From Savitreella phatthalungensis (taxonomy: Eukaryota): 28,108 nt of DNA. The stretch covers positions 496,001 through 524,108 of the forward strand of contig AP039699.1 in assembly GCA_051599415.1 (NCBI GenBank), read 5' to 3'. A program made the position numbers and the translations under genes. Numbering within the stretch: the first letter of the stretch is position 1; the number at the start of each line of letters is the position of its first letter. Shown piece after piece: positions 1-9,700 of this stretch. The notes under the pieces were generated by a model, which searched no databases, was not told where the DNA came from, and was given only the letters and a program-made list of their open reading frames with translations.

Positions 1-1
1 A

Positions 2-679
2 GCTATTATTCATTATCGTCCAGTGAAGGGCGAGTGCGCGATCGTTGACTGGGACGCCATATATTTGTGTGACAGCGGAGCGCAGTATAGAGATGGTACG
101 ACGGACATCACTCGGACATGGCATTTTGGTCGGCCAAGCGACTTCGAGCGCAAAGCCTTCACTCTGGTTCTCAAAGGCCACATAGCGATCGCGCAGCTCG
201 TTTTTCCCCGCGGCACGACCGGTTACACCGTCGACAGCCTGGCCAGACAGTTCCTCTGGAAGGAAGGCCTCGATTATTTTCACGGAACCAGTCACGGCGT
301 GGGGCACTTTCTCAATGTGCACGAGCCTCCCGTGGGTATCGGCACGCGAATCAGCTTCAACGACGTTGCACTCTCACCTGGCAACGTTATCAGTAATGAG
401 CCAGGGTTCTATCTTGACGGGGAATTTGGAATACGCATCGAGAACATCATTACCTGTCGCCTCAAGCGCACGGAGCACAGATTTGGCGATCGCGACTATC
501 TCGCGTTCGACACAATCTCCCTGCATCCTCTTTGCCGGACAATGATTGACGTCAACCTGCTGTCAGCGGATGAAATTCGATGGGTCAATGCGTACCATGT
601 ACAAGTTCTTGAAACGCTTGGCCCCGTCGTGCCCAAGGAAGTGGCAAACTGGCTCACAGATGAGTGCGCCCCGCTCTGA
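2..679 (+). CDS. AMPP: Xaa-Pro aminopeptidase P (M24B), 3' part; 5' end lies outside the window
   Basis: Frame is open from nt 2 (AIIHYRP...). Contains M24B metal-binding motifs DSGAQYRDGTTDITRT, HGTSHGVGHFLNVHE, SNEPGFY and GIRIEN, plus the C-terminal WVNAYH. TGA at 677-679. Confidence 0.95.
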   Translation, partial: AIIHYRPVKGECAIVDWDAIYLCDSGAQYRDGTTDITRTWHFGRPSDFERKAFTLVLKGHIAIAQLVFPRGTTGYTVDSLARQFLWKEGLDYFHGTSHGVGHFLNVHEPPVGIGTRISFNDVALSPGNVISNEPGFYLDGEFGIRIENIITCRLKRTEHRFGDRDYLAFDTISLHPLCRTMIDVNLLSADEIRWVNAYHVQVLETLGPVVPKEVANWLTDECAPL

Positions 680-714
680 ATTATTCATAATTAGCGCTTG
701 ACGGACTCGAATCA

Positions 715-3700
715 TTATGCCTGTCTAATCATCGCACTATCAAATTGGTTGGCAGCCAGTTGTTGCTCTGCATCTTCAGGCAAAGAAAGCCATCTGGAGG
801 AGGGAGCGAGTGACGCGGCCCAGTCAAGCACATCCTCGAGCTTGTTCTTCGCCGGCGCGATTAGACCGGTTTGAGACGGAGTCAAGTCGAAGTCAAGGTC
901 AAAACTTCCGACATGGAAAAGATGGGAAACGATGTCGCCGAGATGCGCGAAATCCTTCATGTCGTCCATGACAGCGCCGTAGACGGACTGCGTAAGGATC
1001 CGGGCGAGTGGACCCCAGGGAATTTCCTGAGGATCGATGTTGTGCTTGTCGACCGGTAGCCAAGCATTGAGCACGCGGCCAGCCGCGGTGAGTTCTGCTG
1101 AGCCGAGCTCGTATGCCTTGCGCCATCCTAACTTTGGCGCAAAGCGAAGTCGCTCAATCACATAAGCATGAAGCCAGCCGGTGAGGATGCCCAATCGCCT
1201 ACGTTCCCGCGGTTCGCGCTCGAATTGAGATGAAAGGCCCACGATTGCTTCTGTGAGACTCGCCCGTAACCCTGCGGGTGCGATGGCTGCAAACGTGATG
1301 CACCCTGCGAGGAAGCTTTTAGGTACGACTGCTGTCTGCTCAGTAGTCAAGAATAATCTGAACGACGGCATCGGTCTGGCTTTAACAACACGCACTCGTA
1401 GACTTTCGAGCCATCTTTGCTCGAGATGCACGTTCTTGAGCACCAACCAGGTGCCACTTCGCGCAGTCAAATCAAGCATCCGCTCTGCCAATGCGATAGA
1501 TTCACCCGCTCCCAAGGATACGGTCTCGAGAGGAGTTCCGCCTGCGGCTGCCTCGACTTCATATGCGGGATCCTGACCTGCATCGGCCACAAGTAGAATC
1601 GGCGTCTCAGCATCCGATTCAGCTTGTATTTGAGCAAGAGTTTTGGGCTCCAGCTCAGTGCCGGTGTAGTCCCTCAAGGTTCTGTCCAAAGCAATGTGTG
1701 ACTGTTGCCATTCGGTTTGTTGCTCAGCGCCGACAGCTAAAAGACGTGCAAGACTTATCTTTAGGTCAACAACATGCTTTGGCAGGAGACTTGCCGACGC
1801 AGTTGATAAAGTCTCCTCGATGAGACTCGGCAAAAACTCGGCCCTGCGCGCAAGCGCGCGCCTAAGCATAGTGGTGAACCAAGCGAGTTTGAATGTATAG
1901 AGTGGAGAAAGCCCGCAAATGGTCTGCAGAATCTCGTACACAGCCGCAGTAGACGTGGCGTCGTGTTCGTATTGGTCCGTTACAGCTTGAATCTGAGCGA
2001 TTGCATGGTCGCCAGCTTTCAGCTTGAACTTGATGTCGTCGGAGCATGTTCGTAATAACTCCAGCTGCCGGATGACCTCAACGTTATCGAGAATGTTAGA
2101 CGACTGCGCAAGGGCTTCAAGTAGTTGGTTTTCATTGTCGGCTAGTTCGACGTGCAAAGCGCGCTGTGCCCGTCGCGCCTCGCGTCTTTGTGACTCCACC
2201 TCGGGCTGATGAACTTGAAGGATAGTAGCAAGAGCGAGATCTCTTAATGATGCGTTTGTGACGCTGAAATCGACGATTGACAGCCGAGATAGCACATTTT
2301 CGCTGAACGCTGCGACAGGCGCCGTGGTGTACAGTATCATGGTAAAGTTTGTCGAAATATCGACCTGCTGCTTTCCAAGCATGACAACGAGGCGGCCACC
2401 GACATTCGTGTATTCGCGATTCAGAAGCGCAAAAACGATGGGGTCAAAGTGCTCCGCGTCCGTGATGAGTAGTGTTCTGCCGAAACGCACCGCGCTCTCA
2501 AGCTGCTTGCTGAATCCGTAGTCTGAAAAACTCGCAATCACGAGCTCTCGCCTCGACGACATAGCCTTGATAGCGTGAAGGTGCTGTTCTGCCGGGTCGA
2601 CGATCAAAGATGTCCGCTGGATGTTATCCAACGCGACAAGGTTCTCGGCTGTGTGTTCGTCCTGAGCCTCGTGCTCGGGGGCTATGAAGGACAAATAGGA
2701 CCAGTCGTAGCTAAAGGGGATTGCGGCTCCTTCTAAAGCCACTCGCCATTTTTCCATCAGCGCCTGCCTATCCGCGCGTGCCCTCGGAATAGCATAGGCT
2801 TCGAATGCAGCAGCTAATAGGACGTCACCTAGTAGGCTGGCGTCTTTATCCTGTATGCAGTCAGCCGAAATTGTCCATCTGTCAACCTCCCCGGCGAGCC
2901 CATCCAGCAGCGCTTGACTGCGCTCTAAGCGAATCTCTGCGTCACGCATATTTTTCGCAATCTCTTGCGCCTCACCTACCAACTGAGCGTAATCGTCCTT
3001 CAGCGAAACGATGGAGGCCTCGAGGAGCGAGAGGCTAGTCGCTGCTTCTGCAATCTTATGACGTTGGGTCAACGCCGCTGATTGAAGCTCCTCGACTTCA
3101 ATTCTGAGCGGGGCGACGCGTTCAACGATTTCCGAGAAAGCTATCTGAGCCTCGACCCATAGTATGAGTGGGCCGCAAGCCTTACTTGCCCGGTGAACGA
3201 CCTCGTGCTGAAGAAGTGGTAGCGCAAGATAGTCTCTCTGGATTTTGGCGCGTAGACTGGGCGTGATGCGTGATTCTCCATCAAAATGTACGATAGATGA
3301 AATGAAATCCTCACGACGAATGATACCTTGAACCGTTCGCCAGGAATCTGGGTTGGAGTGACCTAACAAAGAGCATACAGCCTCGAGAGCAAGCTTTACG
3401 GCTTCCGGTGGGTTCGCCATAGATCGTAATTCTGTAAGTTGCTGCTTTTTGATGTCGCTCACGGAACGCCGAGCTTCCTCTACTGCAGGTTCTGCGCGTG
3501 CCAAATCTGCCATAACGACATCTTGTCGAGCTTTTATCTCTTCATCCTGTCGTTCAAGCTCGCGTTGCAGGGCGAGCGAGGTCGCCCGTCGTCGTTCTGA
3601 TTCCTGCTGTGAGTAGACCATATTCTCGAGTTGAGTATTGGCAGCTCGATTCTTCTCTAGTAAGACAGCTTTGGTCGTTATCAGAGAGGTTTTGAGGCTC

Positions 3701-6700
3701 GCCACGTCTTCGGCAGTCGCTTTCAGTCTGGCGAGGCCTTTGTGCAAGCGTGCCTGTTCGTGTTCCAGCTTTTGCCTCGACTGAATCAGCAAGGTTTGCG
3801 TCCTGTCCAGCAGGTCGAGCAGCTTCAAGGCTTCTCCATCATGCATTGACCATATTACGTCCGACAAGCGTTCCTGCAGCTCGTGAGAGGCATGCAATTT
3901 GGAAGACAGGTCCACTCGCGAAAGTTTCTGGGAAATGATTTCCTTTGTCGAATGCTCTGACCAACAACCAGTCCAGAGGACAACGCATCGATTGAAGAGA
4001 GCGGGTGATCGGTTTACACTTTTTGCGAGGTCCCGTGGCGGACTAATGGTTAGGACGACGTGGAGGTTGTGTACGATTTGCTCGGTGAACCAATCGAGTG
4101 CCTCTTTCGGTGTCTGAACGGAAGTGCCATCGAGTTCTGCTTGCTCGCGACAGCCGGAGATGAGGTTTGTCAGATCGTCGCCCTCGAACAGCCCAGGCAC
4201 TTCGGCATTCGCAAGGAGTGTGTTGATCCGCTCGATAAAGGCCGATTCCAGAAGGCTGCCCTCGTCAAGAACAAAACAGACGCGCTCGCGGCCCACCGTG
4301 CAAGCACGAAGTACCTTGCGCAAGTCGTCGTCGAAGTCCGTGATTGTGTACGAAGCGTGAGCCCTGATGCGATGGACTTTTAGCCCGTCGAGCCAGGCAA
4401 CAAAACGCACGAGTGTAGATTTCCCTGTCCCAGGTGCTCCCACTAGAATGGCGTGGCCTTGGGGTTGATGGAAGACGCGGCTGATCTTCAGAGCAGTGGC
4501 GGACAGCTCATTATAAGCGACGATTTCGGATGCTCCTTCAACTTCATCGGAGTATGTGCCCAATCGAAGCGATACATAGCTGTTGAGATCTGCAATCGGC
4601 GTGGCAGCGACCGTCTTGCTCAGCCAATCTGAGTAGAGGAGATTCTGCTCTGGCAGAATTCCCAAGTGCTTTTCGGCAGCTGCCCGAATCTTCTGAGCGA
4701 CCCTATGTCGTTCCTGCTCGTAGACGAGGCGATCCTCGAAGAGGCGAGAGCCTTCCTGCGCCCAAGCGCAGACGAGGTCTTTCGGCGAGACTCGATCGCT
4801 CAGTCTTACGAGCAGGCTCCGAAGGCCACGCACCCAGCGGGTCAGCTCGCGTGGACTGTACACATAGTGCGGCTGAAGCTCGGTTGTGAGATTCGTACGG
4901 CAAAAATCGTACACATCGAGGCTGGCTTGCACAACAGCATCGACCCGTTGCGATAACCCAAGGTCGCGTAAAGCTGCTCCGAACAACACTCGGTAGATAT
5001 GTTGCAAAGCTGATCTTGTTGGATGGTCGACCAGAACGACGCTGCAGTGGCGCAGAAATCGGTCGCTCAGAGCAGTTCGCCCGATGTCGGTAGGCGGGTT
5101 GCATGCTCCAACGATCAACACATCTCGCACAGCGACCCATTGCCGCGCAGATTTGTGATAAAAGCCTTGATGCTCGATCAAGTTGCGCAAGAACGAGATT
5201 ACTGGCTGCGAGCCAAACGCATCGGACGTGGTGAGGTTGACTTCGTCGCAGAAAAGCACAGCCTTGTGGCCAGGGCGAGGCGACCCCAAAACTAAGCCAG
5301 TCGGTCCTTTCGTGTACCGGCAATGCTGCTCGAGGGCAGAAACGATGTGATCTACGCTAGTCGCGCTGGAGAAGTTCATCGGAATGCAGTAATGTCCTTC
5401 CAAACGACGTAACGCTCCGAGCAAAAGCATCGTTTTGCCAGAGCCCGGCGGCCCGCACAGCACAATCGGTCTGCTTGACCGGAGCAAATCCACCAATAGA
5501 TCTTCAAGAGCGATCGTTTCCGCCGTTGACACGATGATGTCAGTTCTATCGAGTGATTCAGGCCCAAGCTCCAGCTTTGGGGCCTCCTCGGCTAGGGATC
5601 GCCACGCTCCGCCAGCAATTAGCCTGAACGAGAGGATCGACTCGTCAGCCAACATGTTTGGTGGCATGTCGAGCTGCATGGTCGCAGCAACAGCTCTGCG
5701 CTGCGTCACATTGCCTGCTCCAGCTGCTGCCCAAACTACTGCGCGAGCGACTTGGCCAATCGACAGTTCTTTATCGGAGATCAATGCTCGAAGAGAGTCG
5801 TAGTAGGCCGCTTGAGATTGCGGCATGATGGGACTGCCACACACACGCAGGGGCAGAGCGCCAAGGCTCTTCAAATGACCAAGCGCGCTGGAAGGGATAT
5901 TCTCTGCGAATCTCTGTTGTAGATCGTCCATACCGATCGCGCTATCACTGATGTGAATCATTCCGCAGCGTGAGATAGTCGCTGGAGTCGCGTGATTGAT
6001 GCTGTCGGTCTCAAAAATAAACCGGGTGTTGGCGTTGACTCGAATTCGCTCGCCATTAGGCAGAGATATAAAGTGATTGTCATCGAGAACACTGTTGAGA
6101 TTCTCGATCCAGACTGGGTCAATGTCCCCGTCAAATACTATCCATCGACGTAAATCGGGCTCAGCTGACTCTGCAATTGATCTCAGGATGTCTGTCAGCA
6201 CGCCGTCAGTCCAATGGCGCGTTGTGTCATCGAGGTGTCCATAAAGAGCAGCCTTGTCGAGTGTCTTCGCGTCTATCACATAAACCCGTGCGCGAGGACC
6301 GAGGGCTTCAACCGCAGCCCTCCATACAGTTGTCTTTCCAGTCCCGGCACCTCCAAAGACGATAATGCCGTTCTGAATTTCCTGCACGTGGATCAATTGT
6401 TGTATCTTGAGCGCCAAGCCCGACAGAAGTGGTGCATCATCCGCCAAACCGTCAATTGGGATCTTTGTGGCCACAAGCTGACGAAATATCGCTTCATCAG
6501 CAGCAATGAGTCGCGGCGCAATTGCGCGATTCAAGCTTGTCACAAGAATATGTCCGTCGCTAGCAGAACGACCAAGACTCCTCTTTAGTTGACCGCCTAT
6601 GATCAATGCGGATTTCAGTGCACGAAGCCCAAAGTCGTAATGTTTTTGATGCGAGAAAGATGTCTCGAATGTCTGGAAAAGCATGACGATTGTGTCAGCG

Positions 6701-9700
6701 AGCTGCGTAGCCGAGGAGAAGCCCTGCGCGTGCAGCAAAACGCGAGCAATATCCGAAGAATCAGGACGGGACATTGCCATTGGCCGAAATAGCCGTCGGA
6801 GATTGTCGGGCAACCGGGATCGACCAGCATAGTCCGGATTTGTTGTGATGAATATTGCGGTCGTCGCAGAGAGCGGTACGGGTCTTGCAAGCAATTCAAT
6901 TCTTTCGCTGCCCTGCGATAGTCCTTGCTGTATGGTCCGAATCTGCTGCGAGACGGCTGACAGGATCGCAGGCTCTAACCGATTGAACTCGTCAAAACAA
7001 GCCCATGCACCAATCTGGCACGCGCCCGTAAAAATACGACCGATTGCGTCGTAGTCGAAGCTGTCGTCGCAGCAGAAGACGACGACAAATGTGCCAAGTT
7101 GCAAACCTAAGCTCTTCACCGTCTCCGTCTTGCCCGTGCCTGCAGGTCCGAAGGGTGCACCGCCCAAACGATGGTTGAGCGCCTGGGTCATGTTCAAATA
7201 GAAGGCATCGGTGAGTGGCGTCTGAACCAGGCGCTCGACTGGGCCAAGGTATTCCCACGCATAGGCGATTTCGACGTCTGCCAATCGAACGTGGACGGCC
7301 CTGCTCTCTTCATTGTGATAGTGTCGCAAGGTGAAGAGCCACTGATCGCGATCGGCCTTCACTCGATTGAGACTGGTCTCCTGATGTACAACCGTTGTTA
7401 GCAGGCCTTCGAAAGTCATACGCTGCAAGGCCGAAAGGTTGTCCGTGAGGCGGTCAGACAGAGATGCGAGCAATCTCTTGAGATGCTTGTCAACGTCATC
7501 GAATGAGTTCGTTTCAAGGGCTTTCTGCATGCGCTCTGTCCAGTAGCACTGGTGCGCCAGTATGACGAGCTGGCCAGGCAGAACACTGTCAAGAACATCG
7601 TCCCCTTTCCGTAGCTGCGCAATGAGGCTGGCGGTATGATGCTGCATCGCTGCGCGAGTGGCTTGCTCGAGGAGCGGCAGCCACTGAGCAGCTCTGAGCC
7701 CTTGGACAATGACATCGCAATCCAGCTCGAGGCGCTCGCCGAGTTGGCCCTGTACCGCAGTGACTGCACCGGCTTGGATTTCAATGGACACAATGCCTGC
7801 AAAGAGTTTTGAGAGATGTCGGTCAACGCGCGCGAAATCTTGCGAGTTGCCGATGATTTCGAGCAGGTCGTCGTTTCCAAGGAAAAAGAAGCGAGGGCAA
7901 ACGCTCCTTTCGCGATCGAGATATTGTCCTAGTGAGTTTTTGACCTTGTCCAGCTGATCTTGTAAGCGAGCTAGCGTCTGCTCGACATCAGCGATATCGG
8001 CGACTGCGAGCGGTCTTGATGGGGCTGCTTTCTGACATAACGTAACAAAGGCGCCGTCTGCAGCCATGAAGCGCGATGCTTCTTTTGGCAAAAGATATCG
8101 GATGTCCGAGCTCGCAGCAAAAGTGCCGTCCAGATAAGTCCAGCTGCGTTGCACTCGACGCCAAGTTTCGAAGACACGCGTTAGCCTCGACAGACGTTCG
8201 GACCAAAATTCAGCTTGTTCGCGGAAGAGTGTGTAGTATGGGGAATGACGCATCGAAGCCAACGCGGCGAGATGCTCGCCAGCCTTGTTCACAACGTCAT
8301 CGATCCCAGATATGAGCTGACAACGTCCGCGATAGTCTACCGAGGCAAGCTCATAACCTTGCCAGAGATCTTCGATACCGCTCAAAAACAATTCATTTGA
8401 ATACTCGCCCCTTGCTTGCCGGAGTATCTGCTGCACCGCGCAATTGTTGCTGCGCAAGTCTAGAGCCCATATGGAGCCGAGAGTCAAGTCTTTCCGCGAC
8501 CTGAAACTTGCTCCCAAGAGCTGACCCCAATGTCTGTCATGGAAGACATCCGATAGCAAATCTTTCAGTATCGTCGTGGTAGGCAAAAGGTCATCGACTA
8601 CCTTGCCGTACCAGTACTCAAATGCATCGTATTGTCTGATTCGCACCGGCATTTCGTCCATGATTGCGCGGAGCTCCTTCAGCTTATCACGGACTTTCCC
8701 GGCACTGGCCGACGTCACTGACATCTGCCTGAGATCTTCCAGACGATCCCAGACAGGAAGGATGGACTGCCAAACGGAACGCAAATCCTGCATTTCTGTC
8801 GAGATTTCGGCCAGCCATTTATCTTCGCCAGTTGTCATCCCAAGCGCCTGGCGAGCGCGCTCGAGCTCAACATCTTGTTGACGAAGCGCAGTCGCCGACT
8901 TTTCATGCTCTGCGATAATGACCAGAGCACTTGGAGGGTCTATCTCACCCCGCAAGGGGCGGTGCTCCTCCCAGGCACGCACTGAACGCTCAACATTTGC
9001 TGAGAATGTATGGGTTTGAGCCATTATCGTGTCGCGCAATTTTTCGTACTGTCCTTGCAGCGCCCGATCCGAGCTGACATGAAGAGCATCTAGACTCGAA
9101 AGCTCCTCAGAGAGGTTGAAGAGCTCTAACTTCTCTCTTTGGCGGTTTCTAGCGAGCAACCTCTTGATCTGGACCAGAGTCTCGTGCAGCGAGTACCAAA
9201 TGGGCAAGTCACGCTTACAGGCTTGTATAGCTAAGATCATGGCGACCGGGGAAGCAGCATTGATGGCCAGACGCTCCATGTCGAGTCGCTGACGCCGAAT
9301 GGCAGACAACGCATCTGTCAGCCGCTCCTCGGCCAGTCCGTGCAGTCTCTCCGATATGTCGCGCTGGATCGCATCATAGCGTGACATCATTCGACTCTGA
9401 ACCTGCTCAAAGATGACGAGAAGCGGACCAAATTGCTTTGACCTGTCTGTGGAATCGATGTTTGCGCGATACTGGTGGACGTCGGTCAGCAAATCGAGCC
9501 ATTGCTGCATGTCTCCCGTGCCTAGGCTGGCTTCAATGTCTGTAAGTTGCACGTCCCAGACGCCTTGGCTCGCAATCCACCCAGTGAGATACTCTCGTAC
9601 AAGACTCGCTTGTTTTGTGATGGCCAAGGTGGTCTGCTCGAAGATTCTTCCGGCGAGTTCGTCTGTCAAATCTGAGAATGTGGCGTTCAGTCTAGCTTTT